NCBI RefSeq assembly: GCF_041956535.1
Contig: NW_027192196.1
Span: 985,823 to 1,049,822, forward strand
Direction of reading: 5' to 3'
DNA from: Calcarisporiella thermophila CBS 279.70
Lineage: Eukaryota; Fungi; Calcarisporiellomycota
Length of the DNA: 64,000 nt
Part shown: positions 22,707 through 33,876 of the stretch, one piece after another
Numbering within the stretch: the stretch's first letter is position 1
How the letters are laid out: each line of letters opens with the position of its first letter
The notes under the pieces: generated by a model
Databases searched by the model: none
What the model was told of the DNA's origin: nothing
The model's input: only the letters and a program-made list of their open reading frames with translations
Program-made: the position numbers and the translations under genes

Positions 22707-24014
22707 TCATGGATGCGAACGGCGGCCCCAAATGCGGCGGTTGCTCAACTGCAAGCGACGATCCACACGACGCCGAGTCTGCTGTCCGGCCAGGCTCCGC
22801 TTATCTTTGTCGTTGTTCTTCTTCTTCTTCTTCTTATCCTGCTGGCCGTCGTCACCTTGCTCGCCCTTGTCATTGCCCTTCTGACCCTTTTTGCCATTCG
22901 GATCCTCACCGGCCTTGTTGCCGTTGTCTTCTTTCTGCTCACTACCTTGCTTTCCTTTCTGCCCCTTTTCCTTCTGACCTTCGTTAGCCTCATCTCCGTT
23001 ATCGCCATTACCAGCACCCTCGTCTTCACCCTCATTCTTCTTATTGTTGCCCTTTTGGCCCTTGTTGCCTTTCTGTTTCTCGCCATCATTTTGGCCGTTG
23101 TTACCCTTCTGCTTTTCGCCCTCGTTTTGGCCGTTGTCGCCCTTCTGCTTCTCACCCTCGTCCTGGCCGTTATCGTCCTCGCCTTCATTGTTGTTCTTCT
23201 TTCCCTTTTGACCGTCGTTTGCGCCCTGCTTCTTCTTCTTGTTTCCATTCTCCTGTTCATCGGCTGGCTGCTGATCATTCGACTGATCTTCGCCATTAGC
23301 CTCCTCGACATTCTCCACCTCGTTGTCGGCATTTCCGGCGTCCTCGGCCTCGGAGGCCGCGCCGAAATCGTCCACCTCTCCGGACGAGGCGGAGTTGCTA
23401 CCCTCGAGCGTGCTATCAAACTTCAGTTTGCCGTCGCCAGGCACACCAAGCGATCTTTTAATGATCTTGACGTCGGCACAGTTGACGAACGATAGCCCCT
23501 TCTTTGGCTGCCAGGTCCAGCGAACAACGCAGTGGTCGCACGAGAGGCCTTTGGGCAAGCGAAGGGCAAGCTTGTTCTCGCCTTTGACCGCCGCGCACTC
23601 CTTGACCGTCTGCAATTTTCGGAATCCAGAATCCTTTCCGTTCTTAGAAATCTCAAAGGTACACGGGCCCTTCAGTTTCTGGCCCACTTGCCAGTTAGTC
23701 GGCATGATGCCGCCCTCGACGTAGATGCCCTTAATTTGGCCGGGCCCAAGGCCTCCGCACACTCCGCCCTTGTTGGCCTTCTTAGCATCCTTGAAGCGAT
23801 TTGTATCATCGCCGGGGACTAGGCGTGGGGGAGGATTGGTGAGAAAAGCTTCGTTAGGGCCACTCTTTTCGGCATCAGCGCCGCCGCCTCCTCCATTATC
23901 GTCTTTGTCCTTGTTATTCTTATTGTTCTTCTTGGCAGCATCGACGGAGCTGACCAACCCCGCCACAAGAATCCAGCCAAGCGTAGCTTTCACGAGAAAG
24001 GACTTTACCAACAT
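22707..24014 (-). CDS. Secreted protein: signal peptide + 6-Cys LPMO-like (chitin-binding type 4-like) domain + long N/G/K/E/Q low-complexity tail
   Basis: Signal MLVKSF...VSSVDA; LTNPPPR, CGG, GPCTFEIS and LPKGLSCDHCVVRWTW...FVNCADVKI. Intronless. Confidence 0.82.
   Translation of the reverse strand: MLVKSFLVKATLGWILVAGLVSSVDAAKKNNKNNKDKDDNGGGGGADAEKSGPNEAFLTNPPPRLVPGDDTNRFKDAKKANKGGVCGGLGPGQIKGIYVEGGIMPTNWQVGQKLKGPCTFEISKNGKDSGFRKLQTVKECAAVKGENKLALRLPKGLSCDHCVVRWTWQPKKGLSFVNCADVKIIKRSLGVPGDGKLKFDSTLEGSNSASSGEVDDFGAASEAEDAGNADNEVENVEEANGEDQSNDQQPADEQENGNKKKKQGANDGQKGKKNNNEGEDDNGQDEGEKQKGDNGQNEGEKQKGNNGQNDGEKQKGNKGQKGNNKKNEGEDEGAGNGDNGDEANEGQKEKGQKGKQGSEQKEDNGNKAGEDPNGKKGQKGNDKGEQGDDGQQDKKKKKKNNDKDKRSLAGQQTRRRVDRRLQLSNRRIWGRRSHP
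23065..23172 (-). repeat. 3 x 36-nt coding tandem repeat (xNGQxxGEKQKG)
   Basis: Units at 23065-23100, 23101-23136 and 23137-23172 align with few substitutions. Confidence 0.85.
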
Positions 24015-25570
24015 AACGGCAGAAAAGGTAATATGAAAAGGGGGTAATAATAGAAAATGCGGGTTCCAACACAAAAAGTAAAAGAATGTAATCCGAGCCT
24101 GCGGGATACCGATCCTGCGGTGAATGAAATCGCTACCGGGCGATAGAAAAGGAAGTTGAGAGATGGATGGGATGGAGAGGGGGTTGCAAAAGGAGTTGGA
24201 GAAACGGGAAGATTGAAGGGAGGGTTGTGGGTTTTATAACACGGATCTTGGACGGGTGCCCGAATGTTGCACACACGTTTCAAGATCTATGACGGGACTG
24301 CTTTTCTACCCAGATTCTGGTCAAGCCCTTTGACTAGAACCAACGAGAGCTCTACCGGTTTAATAAGCGGACCTGAATTCCCTCCCAAAATAATTCAAGC
24401 CAACCTCGTTCCCACCAAACGGCCGTTTAATTGCCTAGGGCCATTCTCTCACGCACCGCAGCAGCGGCCAACCCAACAGCACCATCCCTTTTATTCGCTG
24501 CCCTCGATCCCATCTGCTGAACTTGGGAAGGCCCTTGCTTTCCCAGTTATTGGGCCAAATGAATCCCTAATCCTGCATAGCATCGAGACTTGGCTCGTAT
24601 TCGCCCCTAGCCAGCCCAAACACCACTTGCCGGTCGCCTTCCCCTAGCTTGTTAAGGGGGGCGTAGCCTGAGATGAGGGGATGGCCGTCCCGGGATAAAG
24701 ATAAAACCAAACTTAATGGATAGAAACAATTTGGTGCAATCGGGCGTCCTTCTCCTATTTAGAATCAAGGCGAGGCTCGAAATTGAGCACCTTGATAAAA
24801 ATGGATGCCTGACTGTCTATCCTTCGTACACTTTCGAACTTGAAAGGGGAGTCCCCCTTTACTAAGGCACATATGGCTGGCTTCAAACGTTAAAGCAAAA
24901 GAACCTTGGTTATGTTGGTGAGCTTGGGCTTGGGACACTCTGTCCCAATGCATAGGCGTTATTAGAACGGAATCCAAACCCCACGCTATTAAGTGATGAG
25001 GACGCACACGGCAACGAGCACGATACGGCTGCACTAGCCGTGCTTTCATCATTTTGGTATGAAGTTGGAAGAGCCAGCTTTCCCACGTTGATTGGGAGGG
25101 TGTCCAAAGTGAAAATTATCTTTTATTCACTGGGCGCACGGCCAATTGGATAACAATCATGATCTTAGCAGAATAAGATTAAATTAAGAAAAAATGCGGA
25201 GAGATTACAAAAGGAGGAGAGGGTATTGAACGAAAAATTACACAGATATCTATAGAGTCTCATTTTCCATCTCCATCGGAATCCATTTTTTTCCACCTTG
25301 GCTAGTGTGGTCGAGGTTAGAAATAAAGGCTAACTCTAGGTAAGGCGGACTACTACAAAATAAAAAATATTACTCGGGGGGATAAATATACCAAGTATAT
25401 ACAAAAGAGGGGGGTGTACACAGATTTCAATAGGTAAAGGAGTGGTATCATCAGGCGCTGGGCGTCCTCGAATTCTCTGCAAGAGGGGCGCCATAATGAA
25501 AAGGAGGCCGCGTGGCTAACAAGCGAGGGGTGTTCTCAACCGGTTGAGACAGAGAGCTGCGGCTCATGCT

Positions 25571-27193
25571 TTAAATGGGTGTGCTCAGGCAAGCTTCTCG
25601 GGCGCTCCCTCCAAACTCTAGTCTATATTTACTGACGATTTCATCGAACGACTCTATCCACCGCAAAACCTGTGGCATCTTAGCCGAATAGTGGCGAGAG
25701 TGGACGACCAGGTAGCGGAGCCGAGAGGCGATGGAGTTCAGCCTCGTTCGGAGTGGATCGTGGGGAGCCACCAGGCACCAGAGTTTGAACACGGAGTCGC
25801 TCACACGGGAAATGAAGGCCAGTGGGAAGTTGCATGGCTCCTGCTGAAGAATCTTCTTGATCGTGTCCAACAAGTGCTGGATGAGTCGAAGATTCTCGAT
25901 CCGGTCCTCCGGTGCATCAGGATCAAGGAAGGCGCTATGCACCTTTAAAAGGTTGAGCTGGTATTGGCCCTGGGCATAGAGGGGGAGGGAGGTACATCCT
26001 TGGGTCTGCAGCGAGGGAGGGAGGCCGTGGAGCCATTCTTCCAGTCGCTCGTGGAGATGGTCGATGGTCGTGAAGAGCCCATGTTCTCGATTGTATATCT
26101 GCTGATCGATCTCCGCCTCAATGGCTTGCAACTCGAGGCAGGCACGCCAGTACAGGATCGCCTCTCGTATCCGCTGATCCCCCGCTTCGTCAGGAAGCAA
26201 GGAGGGCATTGGCGTGTTGCCCGCCTCAAGCTCATGGTCCACCACCAGATACCAGTGAAGCCTGCGGCAGACTTCCTGCTCCACGTGATCGTCCGGTTTG
26301 CTTCGCAGCTGCTGTGCGATGAGCAGGGCGAGGCCCCGGAAGAGATAGCGCTGGTTGGCACGCAGAGCGTCGAAGAAGAGGAATTCCGAGAGGAAGATGA
26401 AGGCATAGGCGAGGCAGGGCGAGGCTTCCTCCAGGTCAAAGCATTCGAAGAGCTCCTCCCTTGCCAGAAGATAAAATTGGTCCCCAAGCTTCTCCCTCCC
26501 GGGCAAGCCGTGTAGGTAGGTGGCGTGCCTGGCCACATAAGCACATATGGCGTACAAGGAGGCGTGGTAGGCCGGGTCATTGGAGGAGTGCAGGAAGCTT
26601 GACTTGTGAAGGAGCGGACAAAACGGATGAAAGCACAGAAAATACACCTCGAGCAGCTGGTCCACCACCTCTGGCCGCACTTGTGGCACGCACGGCGAGC
26701 CGATCTCGAGCAGAGACAGGGTGAGCTCCAAGGCGTCGTGAGAGAAGGAGCTAGGGGCCGCAGATTCCCTTTCCCGGGCAAGCTGCGTGATATCATACGG
26801 GCATAGGAAGCGATGCAGATCCGTGACGCATTTGTAGCCGGTGTCGATACGGAGCTTGTTGTCGGGCATCGGGGAGATAATCCAGGGATGCCGGCAGAGC
26901 ACGTCCAGAAGACGCTGGAGATGGGCTGCCTGCAGATTCTCGATGGTGTGCTCATAGAGGCTCTCCAGACTGGCCAGTTTTGTTTCCAGCTGGTAGAAGC
27001 ATCTGGTCAGCTCTCTTATTTCATCCCCCGAGATGAGCACGGACGACTCTCGATACGAGCAGAAGCGATTGGCAGTCTGACAGCGGCGACATCTTGGCTT
27101 GGCGTAGTCGCATTTGACCCGTCGCTCGCGACAGACAATGCACGCCATCGGCTTCCTGTTTTTGAATTTGGAGGAGAGGGAGGCTGAGAACAT
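25571..27193 (-). CDS. Zn(II)2Cys6 transcription factor with fungal-specific middle domain (intronless)
   Basis: CIVCRERRVKCDYAKPRCRRCQTANRFC; LLEVYFLCFHPFCPLLHKSSF; EVCRRLHWYL. Confidence 0.93.
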   Translation of the reverse strand: MFSASLSSKFKNRKPMACIVCRERRVKCDYAKPRCRRCQTANRFCSYRESSVLISGDEIRELTRCFYQLETKLASLESLYEHTIENLQAAHLQRLLDVLCRHPWIISPMPDNKLRIDTGYKCVTDLHRFLCPYDITQLARERESAAPSSFSHDALELTLSLLEIGSPCVPQVRPEVVDQLLEVYFLCFHPFCPLLHKSSFLHSSNDPAYHASLYAICAYVARHATYLHGLPGREKLGDQFYLLAREELFECFDLEEASPCLAYAFIFLSEFLFFDALRANQRYLFRGLALLIAQQLRSKPDDHVEQEVCRRLHWYLVVDHELEAGNTPMPSLLPDEAGDQRIREAILYWRACLELQAIEAEIDQQIYNREHGLFTTIDHLHERLEEWLHGLPPSLQTQGCTSLPLYAQGQYQLNLLKVHSAFLDPDAPEDRIENLRLIQHLLDTIKKILQQEPCNFPLAFISRVSDSVFKLWCLVAPHDPLRTRLNSIASRLRYLVVHSRHYSAKMPQVLRWIESFDEIVSKYRLEFGGSAREACLSTPI

Positions 27194-27732
27194 GTCTATA
27201 ACACCATCGAACGAGAGGAAAGACGGAATGAGTAAGGGGGAATGGCAGATGACTAAAATTAATAAGGGCTACCTTAATCGTCATGATTTCTTAATCCACC
27301 CCCCGACTCCGATCCTCGTTTTTCTTAACCGCGCCGATAAACTCTCTTTCATGGAAGCATGAGCCACATATTGAATGCTAACCTCACAAATGACCTGATA
27401 GGGAAATGAACACGAGGAAGAAGGCGATTCCCCTCGTGGAGAATCCGCAGCACCGGGAACCATCTTCGTTACCGGCCAAGTAGCGGTTGACCACTGCCTT
27501 TTATTTTGGGATAAAAAACAAACACGACAAAAAAAAACAAGGGAGAAAGTTCAAGTAGTTTTATTACGAGCGTGTAGATTCCAAAATCGAAAATAAAGAA
27601 AAGAGAAAAGAGAATATTAGTAGTAATTAAAAGGGGGGAGGGTGTGGGCGAGAAGGGGGGCAATGGGAGGGCGCCAAGCGTTTCGCAACTCTCCTTCTGA
27701 TGTGTCTAGCATGGGGTGTTTTGGAGGGTGCC

Positions 27733-29799
27733 TTAAGCCTGAGCCTGCACAATGGGCGTCCCTTCGACCTTTTGCTCGTCGGCAACGTGGGGGATGGGGG
27801 GGAGCTCGACGGGGCCAGGGGATGCGGTCTCTTCTTCAGTCTCCGCCTTCTCCCCCTTCTCCGTCTTCTCCGTCTTCTTTTTGATATTGGTGAAGAATTG
27901 CGTGAGCCGGCGGCCGATTTGATTAGGCGACTTTTCTCCGTTTTGCTCACCACCCTGCGACTCCTTCGCTTGCTCCTCATGCGAGGTGGGGGGTGCCTCT
28001 TCGGTGGTAGTGGCGGTGGTGGTTTCCACCACGCCCTCTGCCTTCTCCTTCAGCTGCTCGTACTTGCCCTCCGTCTTCTTTCCGAAGATTTTGCCAAACA
28101 ACGGCTGTTTCTTTTTGGCATCCGTGTGATCCTTAGCCTCCGCTGCCTCTCCGGGCACTAATCACAGGAGATGGGTAGGTGAGGAGCCCGTGGGCGCCGC
28201 TATAGAAGATTGAAACAAAAAGAAAGGATGCTTACCTTCGCCAGTAGGATCCGTGGTCTCGGGGACCGCGGGGTCCTCTTGGTGTTGAGCCGCCTCAGCA
28301 TCAACCTCGGCTTCGGGAGAGGCGTCCGCTGGTTTCTCCTTCTTCGAGAAGAGCTTCCCGAACATGGAGTGCCTCTTCTCCAGGGTTGGCTTCTTCTCAT
28401 CCTCGGCAGAAGCGGTCGCAGCAGGCTCTTCTTCAGGAGCGGGTTCTTCGGTGGTATTCTGCTCTTCCGTCGCCGCTCCTTCCTCCTCCTTCTTTTCCTC
28501 TCTGGGGCTCTTCTTCGCACCAAAGAGTTTGAACGTGCCAAACTTGGGTTTAGCTTTAGCTGCCGCTTCCTCAGACGCCTCCTGGGCCTTCTCCACCGAG
28601 GCCTCTCCCGTTGGCGAGATGGCCGCCGCATCTTGCGCGTCGTTGACCGTCTCCTGAACTTCGCATTCCTTGCAGATGCCTTCCTTGGGGGCGGCCTCCT
28701 TATCCTTTCGAGAGGGTCGCAGGCTGAACGTTCCGAAGAGCGACTTGCGCTTGGTGAGGGTTGGCACTTCGCCCTCTTCACCCTCGGCGCCCTCCTGTTT
28801 CACCTCCTCCGGGCGCTGCACGCCTTCAGCCTCAGGCTCGCCCTCTTCTCCAGAGAAAACATCGGCTTCAGCCGGGGCGTCCGACGTCGGCTTGGCAATC
28901 ACAAAGGCCTTGCGGCTCACTACCGTCCAGAGAATTGTATTGAGTCCGGTATTAGGGCGATGATGAAAGAGGGGAGGGGGGGGGAGGAGGGGACAGAGAA
29001 AGGGAGGGGGATAGAAAGACTTACCCAAGCTCTCGTACACCGTCTTGAAACCCTCCGACTCCTCCACGGGGGGCAGCTCTTTCGCCTCGCTAACTCTGAG
29101 GCGGAGGGTGTGAATCCACGACTCGAACTCCTCGGCCGACCCGGCTGCAAGTTCATGCACACGGCGGGAGGACACAATTCTGAAGGCGTGGTTCTTGCCG
29201 ACGCTGATGGGCTCAACCGACTCCACATCTCGCAGGTTGATGATCCCGAGGGGGCGAGTGAGCTCGTTCACGGAGCGATAGACAAACAGCATCCCGGCCC
29301 CCGATTGGGTGGCGGCTGCGATGTCAGTGAAGAGGGCTCGGTTGACCGCTTCGTAGCCCTTTGGCTTCTCGGCCTCCTTTTCCTTCGGCTTGGCTTCCTC
29401 CACGGCGCCGCCCTCGGCTGTGGCGGGAGGAGGGTTCGAGGCGGCGGGTTGGCCAATGCCAAGCAGGAATTTGCGGGCGTTTTTGCGGTGCACCATTTGC
29501 AGCTGGTCGAGGGTATGGGGCTCGCTGCGAAACACGTAGTATCGCCTCTGCCACAGGCGGAGGGGCTTTGGGCCTCGGCGTAGCAGAGAGCCTGCATTGA
29601 TGAGCGAGGGCTCCTTCTTTTCTTCCTCCGCTTGCTCAGCGGCCGGGACCTCTGTCGCCTCAGGCGCGGGTTGGCCCTGGGCAGGCTCTTGCACGGCGGT
29701 GGCGCCAGGCTCTTGCGGCTGCTCCACCGTCTCCTCGGTCACCTTGGGTGCGTCAGTGGCGGCGGGGGCCAGTTCGGCGGGGGTTTTCTCTGTCGACAT
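27733..29799 (-). CDS. PH-domain protein with acidic Ala/Glu/Lys-rich disordered regions; exons 29799-29025, 28919-28236, 28157-27733
   Basis: Split PH domain: GSLLRRGPKPLRLWQRRYYVF...PLGIINLRDV...AFRIVSSRRVHELAAGSAEEFESWIHTL. Repeated 'FGKLFSKK'-type motifs in the tail. Confidence 0.88.
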
Positions 29800-32665
29800 A
29801 GTATCTTATTCTAGTGCCAAAAGGGGAATAGGAGGGGAGGGATTAGTCTTTCATCAATGACCTTTGGGCTTTCACGCCACGAAGCTAGGGGAAAGGGGAG
29901 AGGGGGGGGGGGGAGGGGAGGGGTAGGGGAGACCCAAGGACAAACAAGCTATTATTATACTCACCAGGAAAGAGCGAGTGGGCAACCAGGGAGCGACCAA
30001 TATAGAATATATAATATAAAATATAAAGCGGGTAAAGACAAGTGGGGGAGAGGGGGGAAGAGAGCAAGAGAGGAAACCAAACGAGTCAGAGGTGGGGGGG
30101 GGGGGAGTGCACGAGTTCCGGAGATGACACGTATATATGAGCTGCTTGCAGCTTGCAGTAGGCAATGGTTGTGAATCTTTGCAGGACGGGAGAGAAAAAG
30201 AAAACAGTGGGGAGAGGTCGAGTAGGCGGAAGAGGAGAAGAAGGGGGGAGAGGGGGGAAGGGATTGGTTATGGGAAAGAGAGGAGCGCAAGACGAGAGAC
30301 AGGTAAAACCAAGATCTATTGCGAAGATGAGAGGGGGCCGGAGGGCGCTGGTTGGACGCGAGGCAGAAAAGAGTTTAATAAGGCTAAATTGCTGCTTGTT
30401 TTCAGGTTCTGCGATCTACTTGTTTTATTTCGCGGATTGCTTCCTGACTGCAGCTTTTACCTGCTTTAAACCTGAAGGATCCGGTAGGACCGCCCCCCTT
30501 CCTCTCTATATATTCTAGGTGAGGAGAGGGGTCGGCTGCTGGCTCTCGGGAGCTGGTCAGCCCGGAGACACAGCCGAGCTTGACGGCTTGGGAAGAAAGC
30601 GAGGAAGAGAGAAAGGTGGGCCCGAGAGAAGGTTGGATGGGGCTCGTCCCCCACAACTGCTCTTTCCCCCTTCCCTAGTACGCACTCGGGACCGCTTTGT
30701 TTAATAAAACCATAGGCCCAGAATTGTGCGGAATGAAAGCTTGCTAAGAGAGAAAGGGGAAAGTGAAAAAAAAAAAATTCGACGTGCAGATTTACACATA
30801 AATGAGACAGAGTAGAATGCTTTTCGATCGGCTTCGTATCCCAGGCTAAGGTCTTTGAGGTGACGCCAGCTATCCGAGGGAGGGGATATTCACGCCAGAG
30901 CTACTGACTTCATTGGACGTATATATCTCAGCCCTTATTTGGAAAGCGGAGAGGGGAAGAGAGGAAAGGGTTGCGTGTGGCAGGCACGGGCTGGGGGGGG
31001 GGGGGGAAGGGGAGATACCCTGAGATTGTGACTGTATACTGAGGGGGGCCCTTTGCACATGATCTTGGCCGTCCGCGTCAGATCCGATTATCGAGGGTTT
31101 CTCGGCGGCTCCCAATCTCGATGAGGGGAGGCTAGGTGGCTTCAAACCTTCTCGCCCAGGATGCGGACGCTCTGGCTAATGGGTTGCGCGCGAGCTTAAA
31201 TGGTGACTGCGAGCTCACGCAACCGACGGCTGGGCCGTGGTGTCAAAACGGTTAAAATGTTAATAATCACGCGCTTATGCGCAGCTCTGTTTTGCGGCCC
31301 CACTGACGGCGCAGTAGTAAGCGATGCAAAGAAGCTTTGCATGATGCCATGAAACCATGGCACAAATGATTCATTGTATTAATTGGAATAGGTTAAGAGC
31401 ACAAGTCATAAAGGTGCAAGAGGAGCTGGGCTCCAACCGGGCAGAGCGCACAAGGTCCCAATTTTGAATTTGAATTTATAAGAAGGTTACAGATGGAGCC
31501 AACCCCCTCCCCACCGTCGCGCGCTTTTTCCCAGGCCTATCTTGTGATGGGCCGCTGTCAAGACTAGTCAGGCTGGCCTATCCCCTCGCACAAGTGCGTT
31601 GAGTTTGCGCGACGTTGCACCGCCAATATCACGGAGGAGGAGGAAATTGGGCAGCGAGGAGAAGGGGGTGCGAAATAATCCCGCGCGGTATACCGCCCTA
31701 GCCTGAAGCACAAGCACGTCCCGCTGCCGCCGCCGCCGCCGCCGCCACCCCATGTGAAGGGCCTTCGCACGGCGAGCGCTCCTTGCACGCTGTCCCTCCT
31801 TGCCAAAGCACTGCTTATCCCTTTCCGTCCCTGGTGCCATTACTGAGGCTCTGTATAATGCTGGGTTGGCAGGACGGGCGAAAATCGAACACGTCATTCA
31901 GACTGAGCCCATATAATAAACTCTGGGGGAGCCACTCATGTGGCCTTAAGCCAATTGACAGGCAATCGATGGGGGGGGGGGAGACTGCCGGTTGATTGTG
32001 TTAGTATTTTGACAGCTGTTTTATTGCCTTTGATTCTATTAGATCTGGTTTACACCAAGCGAGGCGGTGTGTTCCGAGCGGCTTGCTGTAGGAAAAAAAG
32101 GCTACATTGGGCTGGCTCGGCCAAGGAGCAGCAGGAGGAGTCCAGAACCCGTCCTCGCCTTCCCCCAGGCCAAACACGATCCTCGCCGCGCCCTGCTCTC
32201 CTCCCTCTCGCCGTGATATTTCCTTTTTCAACGGCCCAGCCCGGCCTGCTGAAGCGCGGCCCGCAAGCGATAATAAAGCAGGGAAAAAGAATCAGCCCGC
32301 CCCGCGGCTGGCTTTATTCATGTAGGCTGCAATTAGGGGGAAATTTCGCGAAGAGATATTGGCTGTAAATTTTTTTTTGCATTCGCATCGATAACAGTCC
32401 TGACAATCCCAGGGCCACGGCTCCCGAGCTTTTCTATCTCCTCTGGGTGACAACTCTATCATCCTTGCAGGAGACGGAGCAAAACCTTAAAAAGATATTC
32501 ACACTCTATCGATCAATATTATCCTAAAATAAGGCTATATAAGTCGAGTTGTGGTCAAGGCGCATTTTTTTTTTTCCTTTGGAAAAAAAACACAGAACCT
32601 CCCGCCTTTTGAAAGTAAAGGGTCTCTCTTCCACTACTTGTCATCATCGCTTCATACGCCAATCC

Positions 32666-33426
32666 ATGGAGAGTGCTAAGGTAGCAGGCTCCGCCGCCTT
32701 GCTGATGCTCTGAGGAATGCTAATCGGATGCATTCGTTTGCATTCTTATAGGCGAGCGTATTCAGCCCCATTATCATTTTTCACGGGCATGAATCCAATG
32801 GGACCAATGCTTCGACAGAACATCGCCGCCGGGTCCAGAGCATGCTCGCGACCAACACCCATCAATGGCTCACCGTCTTCGAGGACGTCCGCAAGTGCGA
32901 AACAAAACGGCTTGAGTCCGAGAGCGAGCGTCGTCGCCCATCCTCCCCTGACTCCGCTTACGCTTCCGCCTCTTCACCACCCAGCTGTCACCCTTTTGCG
33001 GAAAAGCGGGCGCAGCCACCACCGCTGCTGCCTTCGGCGCAGCAGCAGCCGGCCTCGCAGTCGAGCGATAATGGGCTGCGCCGGAGAAGAGGAAACCTGC
33101 CAAAGGCCACCACCGCCATATTGCGTCAGTGGCTAACGGAACACCTGCGGAGACCTTATCCGACGGAAGAGGAAAAATTGCAGCTCGCATGTAAGACAAA
33201 ACTCTCCTTGAACCAGATCTCAAACTGGTTCATTAATGCGCGCCGGCGGTACTTACGGCCAATGATGGAGGGTGCCGTGGGCCAGTCCTCCCGACTCTAC
33301 ACCCAGTCGACCGAGGAGGGGAGCTCAGAAGAGGAGGTGCAGGCGCGTGCTGGCAAGCGCATGCGCACCAAAACTTCTACCGCCAATGGCAGCGGCGGCT
33401 ACAAACGCCCTCGGACTTCATTATAA
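32666..33426 (+). CDS. TALE-class (Cup9/Tos8/TGIF-like) homeodomain transcription factor; exons 32666-32680, 32752-33426
   Basis: RRRRGNLPKATTAILRQWLTEHLRRPYPTEEEK...QISNWFINARRR (PYP loop, I50). TATATAA at about 32536; an in-frame GT-AG intron extends the N-terminus. Confidence 0.93.
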
Positions 33427-33876
33427 TCCAAAACAAACGATAACCACCTCTCGATTCCTTCTTATGACTCTCTATACATACATCTATATCTCTATCCATT
33501 TATCACGGAGTAGATTCCGTTGCTCGCCCCTCCTCCTCCCCCACCACCCCCTTTTAGTATACCATTGCTTGTTGAATATAGTTTGTTTTTAATAGTTTGT
33601 TTCCTCCTTACCCTTTCTTTGTTCCTACTTCTCTGCTTCTCTTTTAGCGTCCTTCTCCCGCGTGACTCGTTTATATAGTTGGTTTGGCCTTTTTTTTTTT
33701 TCTATTTCATCCTGCTCCTAACTCAGTGTTCTTCTGTAACATAGTCTGTTTCTCTACTCTTCTCCTCTTATAGTTTACAGTTTTTTTATTAATTTGCCTT
33801 GTGTTTTAATAAAAGTGTAACAGAATATATAGTTTATCTTGAAAGCATGTGATCTTGGAGGATATAGAGAGAATGC

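Noticed and set aside
32666-33426. Homeobox gene as a mating-type locus
   Set aside because: Single Cup9/TGIF-like TALE gene with no divergent HD partner, HMG gene or usual MAT-flanking genes.
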